A model generated the notes under the pieces. That model ran no database searches. It had not been told where the DNA came from and saw only the letters and a program-made list of their open reading frames with translations. A stretch of 64,000 nt of DNA from Promethearchaeota archaeon (GTDB taxonomy: Archaea; Asgardarchaeota; Lokiarchaeia; Sigyniarchaeales; SOKP01). A program made the translations under genes and the position numbers. Shown here in pieces: positions 30,674 to 40,484 of the stretch. Each line of letters opens with the position of its first letter. Within the stretch, counting starts at the first letter, position 1. The stretch is from NCBI GenBank assembly GCA_048938025.1, contig JBHLMP010000005.1, positions 44,551 through 108,550 on the forward strand, in the 5' to 3' direction.

Positions 30674-31360
30674 TTAAATTAAAAATCCTTTAAATATTGC
30701 TAAACTTCCTACATCAATTGCGATTAATGCCATAACTTCAATTACTGTTTCAATTGGGCGGAAAAACCCTGCAGTTACGTTGATAAAAAGAGCTATAACG
30801 ACTATAATTACTCCTATAGAAAACCATTGTATTCTCTTTTTCGTTTTTTTCTCTATTTTTCTGGTCATCATAATATATTTGTACACAACATAAAGGCTCA
30901 TTACTATCCTGAGAACATTAACGAAAATAAACCAACCACGAGGAGTTGTAGTATTGACAATATCCTGTTCATAACTATCCATATCTAATTTTGGAACCCA
31001 GATAAAATATCCCAAACTCATTACTAAAAATAGCACCATCATTGTTCCAAAGTATTGAAGACTCATTGCAACTTTCGCAAATTTTTCCAATATAAAAACT
31101 GTCATCATTAAAGAGACAATGGCAAAATTGAAAAAAATATGGGCAGTTACCATAAGAGGAATAATAATATCTGAGTTATTTGTAATCAAATGGTAAATTG
31201 TATAGGTTAAAAACCCTAAAGAAGAGGAAATAAAGAACAACATAAACCACCTATTTAACCAATTAGCGGGATTTAAAGTTAAGACCCGAAATCCTACAAC
31301 CAATGCCATTATTGTTGTTATTACAGCAGTAATCGCTTTAATTAAATTAACAATATCCAT
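30674..31360 (-). CDS. Standalone 7TM receptor-like protein (HisKA_7TM-like) without output domain
   Basis: Seven hydrophobic helices; N(W)LNRWF after TM1; basic KKTKKRI loop before TM6. Confidence 0.65.
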   Translation of the reverse strand: MDIVNLIKAITAVITTIMALVVGFRVLTLNPANWLNRWFMLFFISSSLGFLTYTIYHLITNNSDIIIPLMVTAHIFFNFAIVSLMMTVFILEKFAKVAMSLQYFGTMMVLFLVMSLGYFIWVPKLDMDSYEQDIVNTTTPRGWFIFVNVLRIVMSLYVVYKYIMMTRKIEKKTKKRIQWFSIGVIIVVIALFINVTAGFFRPIETVIEVMALIAIDVGSLAIFKGFLI

Positions 31361-31411
31361 ATAATTTCACCCATCATAATCATTTAAAAAGTTTTTATAT
31401 TAGGATAGGAA

Positions 31412-32365
31412 CTAGTTTGGATTATAATTGTCTACAATTTCAACAGTGTATTCTTGTTCAGATAAAGAGCGAGACCCTATAAAAGTCCAATCAACTTTAC
31501 CAATTAGCCATTTACCCTCCAAGTTTCTTCCTATGTTAATTTTCACTACAATTCCATATTTATGCATCTTATTTTCAATACCAATACAAAAATTTCCTAA
31601 AGAATACGCAATTAATTTATTAACATTATCAACGGTGAAAACTGATACCGGTTGTGGACAGTGCGAATGATGCCCAATCAAACCATCAAATTCATGTAAT
31701 AAAATTCTACCATGATTAATAGTTTTTATACGCGGATATAATTCCATTTCATAACCCCAATGGGGGAATAATAAATTAAATGAATCCGTTTTAAGAAATT
31801 GTACTGAATCTTCAAATTTTGTTAAATAATTGCAAGGTTTGTTTGACCATTGAGTACTTCCAATAACTCTTAACTCATTCGTTATATCTTGAAAAGGGGT
31901 TTCTTTATTACCAAAAACGTTAAAACCTCGTTCTTTTAATTGATCTATCGAATTTGAAAACCATAGTTGACCATAATCACCGCTATGATTATTTGCTGTT
32001 GATAAATATGTGTTTTTTGATTGGAATAAAGTTTCAAGAGCGTCCATTATTTGAGGTTTATGTCTTTTTTTCGCAAATTTTTTTTCTGAAGTTAGAGTTG
32101 CCTCAAAATTACCAATAAGAAAGTCTGATCCTCTTACGAAATTTTTAACACTCTTATCAATTATTAAATCTTTTGAACTCATGTCCATAATGTCCCCTAT
32201 AAAAGAAATGGTGTATTTTGGGGTAATATTGTTTAATAAATAGCTTTTGGATATGTAGTTAATATTACCCTCATTCTTTATAGCAGGACCAACAATAAAA
32301 CGTTTAATCCAAGACATGTTCTCCTTTAATGGATAAGGAGAGAAATTAATTTTATCTGCGAGCAT
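31412..32365 (-). CDS. CapA family (PGA_cap) metallophosphoesterase
   Basis: GDIM, GNFEA, TANNHSGDYG, HWGYE, GHHSH, YSLGNF. Confidence 0.9.
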   Translation of the reverse strand: MLADKINFSPYPLKENMSWIKRFIVGPAIKNEGNINYISKSYLLNNITPKYTISFIGDIMDMSSKDLIIDKSVKNFVRGSDFLIGNFEATLTSEKKFAKKRHKPQIMDALETLFQSKNTYLSTANNHSGDYGQLWFSNSIDQLKERGFNVFGNKETPFQDITNELRVIGSTQWSNKPCNYLTKFEDSVQFLKTDSFNLLFPHWGYEMELYPRIKTINHGRILLHEFDGLIGHHSHCPQPVSVFTVDNVNKLIAYSLGNFCIGIENKMHKYGIVVKINIGRNLEGKWLIGKVDWTFIGSRSLSEQEYTVEIVDNYNPN

Positions 32366-32386
32366 TATAAATTTTTATACGAAAGA

Positions 32387-32431
32387 ACTTCATTTATAGT
32401 TTCCATCACGAGATTTTCAGCGAAGTTCGAA
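32387..32431. promoter_or_regulatory. Conserved promoter module copy 2
   Basis: ACTTCATTTATAGTT-N19-CGAAGTTCGAA. Confidence 0.5.
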
Positions 32432-32533
32432 GAAGATAAAAGGTCTTGGAATATTAAAAGATACACAAATTTTTTATGAGAATTACAAATATTTTAAATG
32501 AAATTTCAAAATAAAGAAAAAAAAATTTGAAAA

Positions 32534-32992
32534 ATGGCAGTTTTAGAGGTTGGGATTAATCTAGGCCCAAAAAATTTAGTTGAAATCAAGTATTATTCAT
32601 CTGTAGATAAGGTCCTAGATCCTAAAATACGTGCTAAATTTTTAACTGGACTAGAAGATTACATTTCTGAGGTATATGATGATAAAATAAATGTAATATC
32701 CTTTGCAAACTTCCAAATTGTCTGTTATTATAAAATGATTGAAGTTCCAAGTAAAGAACAAGATCCTGCTCAACCATTATTATCATTTGCCATTATTGAA
32801 AAAGGTACAAATACAACTTTTGTAAAACAACATTTAAAGAAAATTATCTCATCTTTTCGAAAACAATTTGATCTTCATGAGATTTTTTCAAAAAAACCTA
32901 TTACTTTTAAACGTTTTGAGCCCGAAATTGATGAAATTTTAGGAGATTTGAAATTGAAAATAGAAGACCGTATTGGATCACTCTTCCGATAA
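32534..32992 (+). CDS. Longin/roadblock-like domain protein
   Basis: Beta-beta-alpha-beta-beta-beta-alpha pattern; FLTGLEDYISEV; LKKIISSFRKQF; upstream of a GTPase. Confidence 0.65.
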   Translation: MAVLEVGINLGPKNLVEIKYYSSVDKVLDPKIRAKFLTGLEDYISEVYDDKINVISFANFQIVCYYKMIEVPSKEQDPAQPLLSFAIIEKGTNTTFVKQHLKKIISSFRKQFDLHEIFSKKPITFKRFEPEIDEILGDLKLKIEDRIGSLFR

Positions 32993-33176
32993 TGGTCCCT
33001 TAAAGTCTTAAAGGAGTATTATTACAGAAAAAAATTAAATATTATCTAATAAAATTGAAATTATTAGAAAGTTTTCTAAAACTTATAAGTAAATATTAAA
33101 TATATTTTCTGCATAAACTTACATCTAGAAAAAAAAGTTTGCGATTTGGAAACCACAAATTCTAAAGGAGTATTCA

Positions 33177-33806
33177 ATGGTTCGATTTACGGAAGATAAT
33201 AGGGCGCATATAAAAATCCTCTATTGGGGAATGGCTAGTTCAGGAAAAACAACAATCGTAGATACGCTTTATAGATTAACAAAAGAAGATGAAAAAGATA
33301 TTAAACCTGTTGGAAATTTAACTAAAATTTCTACGGCTAGCGGTGCTACTTTATATTTTGATCGTGGAACCTTTCAATCAACCAACCAAGAAAGTAGAAA
33401 AAATCTAACTTTCCATGTGTACACCGTGGCAGGTCAAAGAAAATTCTCTCCCTTAAGAAAAAAGATATACACAGGTACAGATGGTGTTATTTTTACTGTT
33501 GATTCCCAAACACACTTATTCGAAGATAATATAGAATCCCTAAAGGAATTAAAAAATATGGCGCGAGGAGATTTATTAACAAAAATACCCCTCATAGTCA
33601 TTTTAAATAAGCAAGATTTGAAAAATGTAATTGATATAGAAGATTTTAAACATGTCTTAAAAGATGAAAATCTATGGCATGAACCAGATCATGAATTATA
33701 CCATCAAAATCCCATCATTTATAAAACCTGTGCTTTATATGAGAAAAGGAAAAATATATATCGTAGCTTTTATGAATGTGTAAGACGGACACTAAACGGT
33801 AATTGA
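33177..33806 (+). CDS. MglA/Arf-like small GTPase
   Basis: KILYWGMASSGKTT, TLYFD, YTVAGQ (MglA-type G3), DGVIFTVDS, NKQD. Confidence 0.85.
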   Translation: MVRFTEDNRAHIKILYWGMASSGKTTIVDTLYRLTKEDEKDIKPVGNLTKISTASGATLYFDRGTFQSTNQESRKNLTFHVYTVAGQRKFSPLRKKIYTGTDGVIFTVDSQTHLFEDNIESLKELKNMARGDLLTKIPLIVILNKQDLKNVIDIEDFKHVLKDENLWHEPDHELYHQNPIIYKTCALYEKRKNIYRSFYECVRRTLNGN

Positions 33807-33916
33807 TATCTTCCATTCCTTATAGTTTCAAGTCCCCACTCCACCTAAAAGCCTAGGATTAACGGGTCAACTACATGCCAAATGTTATTTCAATGAAAAT
33901 TTTTCTTATTTAAAAG

Positions 33917-35185
33917 TTGATGATGATACAAAAAGGATATTCTAAAATAATTGGAAATGATTTGGTCTTACGAGTAGCTATTGATGATCCAGATGAATTA
34001 CAAAGGCTTCTCTCATTTAATCTAACTGTGCATCAAGAAGAATCCTTAAAAAAATATATAAATCGCTTATATTTGGAACATCCTGAGAGAGATAAAATCT
34101 ATTGGATTTATATAGAAAAAAAGGATTCCAATAAAATAGTTTCTTCTATTACACTAATGCCATTAGAATGGAATTTTAATGGAATACCAATTCCTATATG
34201 TGAAATGGGGCTTGTAGGTACTCTACCTAAATATAGAAATAGGGGGCTTATGGGAATTATGAATAATTTATATGAAGAAATCATGAGACAAGAAGGATAC
34301 CTCCTTTCTGTAATTAGAGGGATTCCCTATTATTATCGAAGATTTGGATATGAATTTGCTTTAAATCTAGATGAACACATAGTATTAAATAAAAATCAAG
34401 TCCCTTCAAGAAAGCTTGAAATGATATCTTTTCAAAAAGCTACAAAACAAGATTTAGCTTTCATTAAATCGATTTATAATAAAGAACAAGAAGAATTTTT
34501 TATATCAAACAGATTTAATTCAGATAATTTTATGTATAAATTCATGAATGATGATTTTGATAATAATTTTTTAAGTACATTTCTTATAAAGATAAAAGGA
34601 AAGCCAATTTCTTATTTTTCTATTGGTCTATCTTATGATAATGTTGCTTTTTCACTTATAGTTCCGGAAGTCAATGAAGAAATTATGATTAAGATTTTAC
34701 AATACGTTGAAATCCTTAATGAGAAAAAGGATCAAATTGTCTTTCACGTAAATTCTGACACTAAATTTGCCCAATATATTTGCTCAATAGGTGGAAAGAG
34801 AGATTTAGGTTATGGCTGGCAAATCAGAATCCCAAATATCAAAGATTTTTTGCATGCTATTAGTCCGGTATTAGAACAAAGAATAGAAAGATCTTCATAT
34901 AAAGGATTATCTCAAGATATTGTAATTAGTGATTATAGAGAGATTTTTACTTTAAGATTCAAAAATGGGAAAGTTGAAGATTTTGAGGCAAAAAAGGGAT
35001 ATCCTTTTCCAGGAAGTTGCGATGTTCAAATACCTAGCTCAACTCTAATAAAATTACTTCTTTCAGATAAAACTTTTGAAGAAATTAAATATATTCTCAA
35101 AGATTCAATTTTGAAACCAGAGTCAGAAAAATTGATCAAAATTCTATTTCCAAAAAAAGCATCTATTCCTGATACATATTACTAA
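33917..35185 (+). CDS. GNAT acetyltransferase, Eis-like with SCP2-like C-terminus
   Basis: VGTLPKYRNRGLM, GIPYYYRRFGYE. Confidence 0.85.
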   Translation: MMMIQKGYSKIIGNDLVLRVAIDDPDELQRLLSFNLTVHQEESLKKYINRLYLEHPERDKIYWIYIEKKDSNKIVSSITLMPLEWNFNGIPIPICEMGLVGTLPKYRNRGLMGIMNNLYEEIMRQEGYLLSVIRGIPYYYRRFGYEFALNLDEHIVLNKNQVPSRKLEMISFQKATKQDLAFIKSIYNKEQEEFFISNRFNSDNFMYKFMNDDFDNNFLSTFLIKIKGKPISYFSIGLSYDNVAFSLIVPEVNEEIMIKILQYVEILNEKKDQIVFHVNSDTKFAQYICSIGGKRDLGYGWQIRIPNIKDFLHAISPVLEQRIERSSYKGLSQDIVISDYREIFTLRFKNGKVEDFEAKKGYPFPGSCDVQIPSSTLIKLLLSDKTFEEIKYILKDSILKPESEKLIKILFPKKASIPDTYY

Positions 35186-35309
35186 AATATTCTGCTGCCT
35201 TTCTCTCGACTTCCACTCCTTTTTCACTTAATCTAAACGCTGCAGAGATAATTACCAGCTTTCTTATAATATCGGAATGTTCGGTAGCTAAATAATGAAC
35301 AATTTCGTA
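35186..35309 (-). pseudogene. Internal remnant of an alpha/beta hydrolase gene
   Basis: YEIVHYLATEHSDIIRKLVIISAAFRLSEKGVEVERKAAEYF resembles the post-nucleophile helix and strand; no start. Confidence 0.45.
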
Positions 35310-35359
35310 TTTTATTATTAGGATAATTAATAGGAATCATTATTTAAATTCTACTTTAA

Positions 35360-35695
35360 TTACTTTTCGCTTAAGCTACCTAATACCTGCTCCATTTTTT
35401 TTCGATATAGTTCAAATGCTTCTCGACCTTTTACACTAAGTTTCAGCATTGTTTGAGGTTTTTTTCCTTTGAATTTCTTTTCAATATCTACATATCCAGC
35501 AGATTCGAGCTTACTTAAATGAGAAGATAGATTTCCATCAGTAAGACCCGTTTGATTTCTTAAGAAAACAAAATCAGCACTCTCAACTACATATAAATAT
35601 GACATTATCATTAACCTTGCCGGTTCATGAATAATTTTATCAATATCACTGAGAGGTCGGACGAATTCTTTTGATTCTGTTTTCTTTTTTACGAT
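35360..35695 (-). CDS. Winged-helix (HTH_34/ArsR-like) regulator; probable ATC start at 35695
   Basis: IDKIIHEPARLMIMSYL...ADFVFL...GLTDGNLSSHLSKLESAGYV..KKF.GKKPQT. Confidence 0.9.
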   Translation of the reverse strand: MVKKKTESKEFVRPLSDIDKIIHEPARLMIMSYLYVVESADFVFLRNQTGLTDGNLSSHLSKLESAGYVDIEKKFKGKKPQTMLKLSVKGREAFELYRKKMEQVLGSLSEK

Positions 35696-35698
35696 TTC

Positions 35699-36346
35699 TT
35701 ATGGCACCTCGTTTTTAGATAATGGATACTTTTTTAGAAAATGAATAAAAAAATATAATCCGATTACTATAATTATCCCTCCTATGAACCCAAAAATAAT
35801 AATAAAATCTAAAGGATTACCTACAATTGGATTTAGTAAATCGGTAAGAAAAAATCCTAATCCCCCTGAAAAAGCATAATAATATAATCTTGTAAAATCT
35901 AAGTAATAAGCTATGACACAAAACGGAATAGTAAATATTCCAAAACCTAACAATATTGTTATAAGGAAAGGTTGAATTTGGCTATAATCTATTATACCTA
36001 TAAGGCGCAACAGAAATAAAATCAAATTTACAATAAATACACCTAGTAAAAAAATTTTTAACTTTAATTGTTTTGACTTGCGTTTTGGTCCAAATTTAAC
36101 GTATCCAACGCGAGGAGTTGTTATATATTTTTTACCTAAAATAAATATTAGTAAAGTTATGATGTTCCATACTAAAGAGGAAATAAGGACAGCTAAGAAA
36201 CCAAGCGATTCAAAAACAAAATTAAATAATGGCCCCATTCCAACATTTAAAATTAGCATTCCAGTGAATAAATCCCATAAACCATCATTGAATACAGATC
36301 TATATGCTTTTTTCTCAATTTCCTTTAAATCAACTTTTTCGGTCAT
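35699..36346 (-). CDS. Membrane protein (about 6 TM) cotranscribed with the wHTH regulator
   Basis: DGLWDL, KKYITTPRVGYVKF, FLKKYP; GGTGA SD. Confidence 0.8.
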   Translation of the reverse strand: MTEKVDLKEIEKKAYRSVFNDGLWDLFTGMLILNVGMGPLFNFVFESLGFLAVLISSLVWNIITLLIFILGKKYITTPRVGYVKFGPKRKSKQLKLKIFLLGVFIVNLILFLLRLIGIIDYSQIQPFLITILLGFGIFTIPFCVIAYYLDFTRLYYYAFSGGLGFFLTDLLNPIVGNPLDFIIIFGFIGGIIIVIGLYFFIHFLKKYPLSKNEVP

Positions 36347-36485
36347 TTTTTTCACCTTAAATTCTTAAGATATGATTCTTAAAAATATCCTTTTCATATA
36401 TTTCTCCTCCCTTGATTTATTTTTTTTTATTTCTTAATTGATAAATAGAAAAAAAAATGAAAAATAAATAAAATCTTAGAAATAT

Positions 36486-38165
36486 TTACTCCATTTTATT
36501 CAGTTTTTTCATACCATAATATAGAAGTGGTATACTCACTCCAATATTATAAAGAAATATTGGAACCTGGATTATTAATCTCAATGATTCAACGCTTCCG
36601 GGATTAAGAAACATCAGCATTCCTATAGGTATAAACATTAAAGGTTGTAAGAGCAACATAGAGATCATGACATTACTTTTCATGCTAGAGTCTTTTTCTC
36701 CAAATGCAGGAGAAATGCATTGGAAACCCATAGCTTGACACATTGATATTTGCGCAAAGATTAAAAATTCCACAAAGAAAAGCACAGTATTAAAATGATC
36801 AATATTAGAGAAAATATTAAGCATTATAGTGACAAAAATTGCCAAGAAAATATTGAAGATAAACATCATAAGCAGATAAGAGTATACAATTGCTTTAATA
36901 CCTCTAGGAGATCGCTTATAAACCCAAATTAAATCCTTAGAATCAACAAAAGCAAGATGTCCAATAATTATACTGCTTATACCCCCTCCTATTGCTATTA
37001 ATATAGTGGTGCTATAGACTATTCCAAATGCATCATCATCCATTACTGATATAAAATAACTCATAAATCCTATAAGCCCTACTACGTAAGCAACTCTAGC
37101 TATATTCGCTTTTTTTCTAAAAAACCTCTTTAGTTGCATTACAATTAAGCCACCCCATTTACGTCCAGAAACTTTTCTTACAAATTTATAAAAGGGATTT
37201 TCAACTGCGATGATTGTAACATTATTTTTTTCAATACCTCCTTCTAAAGTATAAAACGATTCAGCTTTTTTGTAAGAAACATATAAAGTAATAATTGGGA
37301 TACTAACAGCTAATAGAATGCTTATCCATATGTTTAAAATAAATGTACTAAGAAAAGTCGGATCTATTGAATAAACTATGATATTTGAATACCAAAGAGA
37401 AGGGTAAAGTGCTAACCAATTTTTTAATTCAGGGTGTTCCAGCAAGAAATTAAAGAAAAACACTACCGCATACATTATCACTACTAAGAGAATTGTAAAT
37501 ATCCATACCAAAGCCTTTCCTAAGTCTCTTGCTCTTTCATTTTTAAAGATTTTATGTTCAATCCAACCTGAGATGATTGAACCTATCAGATTGGCAAAAT
37601 AAACATGACAGAAAACAGTCCCATATATTATGATATATTGAATTATCGATAAATGAACTATAGGATTTATCACCCCTATTATTATGGGAGCAATGATTAA
37701 GACTGCTGTTGAATACAGTGGAGATTTACCTATAAATTCCCCTATAAAAATATCATTCGCCCTAACTGGTGTTGCCAATAACGTTTCTTTTGATGCAATT
37801 TCGTTTTCCTTATATACATTGTTTAAAGGATATATTACAAATGCTAAGAATACCATCATCATAATAGATTCGATGGCAATAGCAACTACGGGCTTGAATA
37901 CATCGGAGAATTGTTCTGCTAAAGTTGGCATAAATAAATCGAATAAGTAAGGAGCTATAAACACTGCCCATATTAATAAAAGCGAATATAATGCTATAAA
38001 AAACACTTTACGATAATTTCTAAAATAACTGGTTCTAATTCTTATCTCATTCTTCGCGATTGTCATCCATAAACTCTTTTTTCGATGAATTAGCTCTGGT
38101 AACTCTTTCTTTGTTATTTCAGATGCTGGTTTTTCAATTATTTCTTCAGTTGTGAGAATCCTCAT
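36486..38165 (-). CDS. ABC transporter permease (duplicated ABC-2-like)
   Basis: About 12 TM; LLATPV...IFIG; follows the ABC ATPase. Confidence 0.75.
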   Translation of the reverse strand: MRILTTEEIIEKPASEITKKELPELIHRKKSLWMTIAKNEIRIRTSYFRNYRKVFFIALYSLLLIWAVFIAPYLFDLFMPTLAEQFSDVFKPVVAIAIESIMMMVFLAFVIYPLNNVYKENEIASKETLLATPVRANDIFIGEFIGKSPLYSTAVLIIAPIIIGVINPIVHLSIIQYIIIYGTVFCHVYFANLIGSIISGWIEHKIFKNERARDLGKALVWIFTILLVVIMYAVVFFFNFLLEHPELKNWLALYPSLWYSNIIVYSIDPTFLSTFILNIWISILLAVSIPIITLYVSYKKAESFYTLEGGIEKNNVTIIAVENPFYKFVRKVSGRKWGGLIVMQLKRFFRKKANIARVAYVVGLIGFMSYFISVMDDDAFGIVYSTTILIAIGGGISSIIIGHLAFVDSKDLIWVYKRSPRGIKAIVYSYLLMMFIFNIFLAIFVTIMLNIFSNIDHFNTVLFFVEFLIFAQISMCQAMGFQCISPAFGEKDSSMKSNVMISMLLLQPLMFIPIGMLMFLNPGSVESLRLIIQVPIFLYNIGVSIPLLYYGMKKLNKME

Positions 38166-38172
38166 TTATATC

Positions 38173-39000
38173 TTACCTCGATTTATTGCGTTTATTTCTT
38201 TTTTTACTTACGAGTTCATGACTATTTGTAATCTCCTCTCTCCAACCAAGCAAATCCTCGATTCGAGAAGCTCCAGTAATTTTTAAATATGCTTCCTCTA
38301 AATCTTTAGCACCAACAGATTCAATTATTTCTTTCGGAGTTCCCTCAATTTTTATCTCGCCATTAACTATGATACCAATTATATCACATAATTCTTCAGC
38401 AGTATCAAGAAGATGAGTGCATATAAATATTGTTTTATCTGCTTTCTTTGCTAATTGAGAGATTAAATCTTTCACCATTCTAGTCGCTGCAGGATCTAAA
38501 TTCGACGTAGGTTCATCTAAAAATAAAATTTCGGGATCCTGAATCAATGCAGCACATAGACAGACTTTTTGCTTCATTCCTCTTGAATAGCCCTCTAGAA
38601 GATCATTTTCACGACCTGTCAAATTAAATAACTCTATTAATTCATTAATTCTCGCGGATATAACGTCTTTTGGCAAATAATATAATTCTCCAATAAATTC
38701 CAAGAACTCTTTTGCAGTTAGTTTAGAATATAGACCAGGAGATTCGGGTAGAAATCCACATATCATTTTCACTTTCTGACTTTCAGTTACAATATCATAC
38801 CCTCCAACTGAAGCGTTTCCTGAGGTTTTCGATATAATTGCATTAAGCATCCTTACTGTTGTAGTTTTTCCAGCACCATTTGGCCCGAGTAGCCCATAAG
38901 TTTTTCCAAAAGGGATGTTTAAATTTACTTTATTAACAGCAAGAATATTACCAAAATTTTTAGTAAGATTCTGGGTTTTGATTGCTTGTACTTTACTCAA
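38173..39000 (-). CDS. ABC transporter ATP-binding protein
   Basis: GPNGAGKTT, YSRGMKQK, LFLDEPT, CTH. Confidence 0.93.
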   Translation of the reverse strand: MSKVQAIKTQNLTKNFGNILAVNKVNLNIPFGKTYGLLGPNGAGKTTTVRMLNAIISKTSGNASVGGYDIVTESQKVKMICGFLPESPGLYSKLTAKEFLEFIGELYYLPKDVISARINELIELFNLTGRENDLLEGYSRGMKQKVCLCAALIQDPEILFLDEPTSNLDPAATRMVKDLISQLAKKADKTIFICTHLLDTAEELCDIIGIIVNGEIKIEGTPKEIIESVGAKDLEEAYLKITGASRIEDLLGWREEITNSHELVSKKRNKRNKSR

Positions 39001-39047
39001 ATTTTTTTACCTCCATTTTTTTTTTAAATTTTTATTTTAAGTTTTAA

Positions 39048-40163
39048 TTAAATTATTTTCAATTCGTAAATTTTTCTAGTTCCTAACCATAAAAAAAGGA
39101 CGAGAAATGCACCATAGCATATTATTAGGACAAAAAAGTACAATAAAACACTATAAATTGCGATTTCTAAATCTATTACAACATTCTGAATAATAAAAGG
39201 AATAAAAATTCCAATTATACCCATGATTAGAAAGCCAAAAGAACCAGCTAAAATCGGAACCGTGTTTTTTTTTCTTATAAGACTAACCCACTCAGCATTA
39301 CGCTTTCTATAGTATTGCCATAAACCCACAAATAATACTCCACATCCAATAGTAAAAATAGTCCAATATATTATGTCAAAAGTTAAACTTAGTGTACTCT
39401 CTGATATCAATATTACTAAGGGTCTTGAGAAAGAAATAAAATTCAGCACTCCATGAATTAATATTGCATAAAACACATTTCGGGTAAGAATATAAATAAA
39501 ACCTAAGGCAATTCCAATTATAAATACAGTTGATATATGCATTATAGTCCCTGCAAAATTTGCACTCATTAAATCATCAGGTAAATGCGCGAGAGCAAAT
39601 AGAAGACTTGAAGATAATACCGCGGGTGATGGGCTCATACCTCTTTGTTCTAATAAGGGAATTAATAATCTACGATAGATTAATTCCTCGTAGACTGCTG
39701 CTCCAATTGTGAGTGGAAGATAATATATCAAGATATTTAAAGGATTAGCCAAGTGTTCTAGGCTTAATAAAATAGTTGTATATCCACTCTGAGGATTTAA
39801 ATCAAGCAGTCCAAAAACGTAATATAAAATAAAATTTATACTAACGACGATAGTCAATGTTACACATATCAGGAGTATAGTTCTAAACGAATTGAAGAGT
39901 GTGAAAGGAGGGTTTTCTGCATCTTTTGCTTTGAATAGCGGAATAAATACAAAATAGATCATAAATGCTCCTATAAACTGAGAAAGAAACAGAATAAAAA
40001 GATTTAAGATTATATAATCAAAGGGTAAACTGAAATCACTGAATACAATGAATAAAGATATTGTAATAATAAGAAAATTTAATAATGTCCCTCCAAGTGC
40101 GACCACCATCGAAGCTTTAAAGAAATTTAAAAAACTCCCATTTTTTTCTTTAATTTGTATCAT
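39048..40163 (-). CDS. CPBP (CAAX/Abi) intramembrane metalloprotease
   Basis: YEELIYRR, FALAH, IHGVLN; likely ATG at 40163. Confidence 0.85.
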   Translation of the reverse strand: MIQIKEKNGSFLNFFKASMVVALGGTLLNFLIITISLFIVFSDFSLPFDYIILNLFILFLSQFIGAFMIYFVFIPLFKAKDAENPPFTLFNSFRTILLICVTLTIVVSINFILYYVFGLLDLNPQSGYTTILLSLEHLANPLNILIYYLPLTIGAAVYEELIYRRLLIPLLEQRGMSPSPAVLSSSLLFALAHLPDDLMSANFAGTIMHISTVFIIGIALGFIYILTRNVFYAILIHGVLNFISFSRPLVILISESTLSLTFDIIYWTIFTIGCGVLFVGLWQYYRKRNAEWVSLIRKKNTVPILAGSFGFLIMGIIGIFIPFIIQNVVIDLEIAIYSVLLYFFVLIICYGAFLVLFLWLGTRKIYELKII

Positions 40164-40484
40164 TTTTTTAAACCTAAATTGAACTAATTGATATGTTTTA
40201 AATTTAATTAACTGAATTGAACTAAGAGTATAAAATATGAATTTGATTTTTCTTCTCTTATCCAGTAGGACTTTCTTAAGTCCTATTAAAATTATATTAA
40301 AGAAAGTATTTAAAGCTTTGTATCGCAAAGTGCTTTATGGATCCAAATCGCGAAAAGGTATCTCTAAATATTAATTATGTTAAAATTGTAAACTATTTTA
40401 AATATAATTACGAATCTAATGAATTAAAAAGAATGTGTGGAGTCCTTTCTTGAACAATAATACTTCAATATTCGGAAAAAAATA

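Noticed and set aside
33825-33880. IS200/IS605 or IscB end (GTCAACTAC with a GC-rich patch)
   Set aside because: The expected hairpin does not follow and there is no tnpA/tnpB/iscB; too short to support.
40164-40328. N-terminal extension of the CPBP ORF from TTG at 40328
   Set aside because: AT-rich, intergenic-like sequence; ATG at 40163 with an upstream AGG is more plausible.
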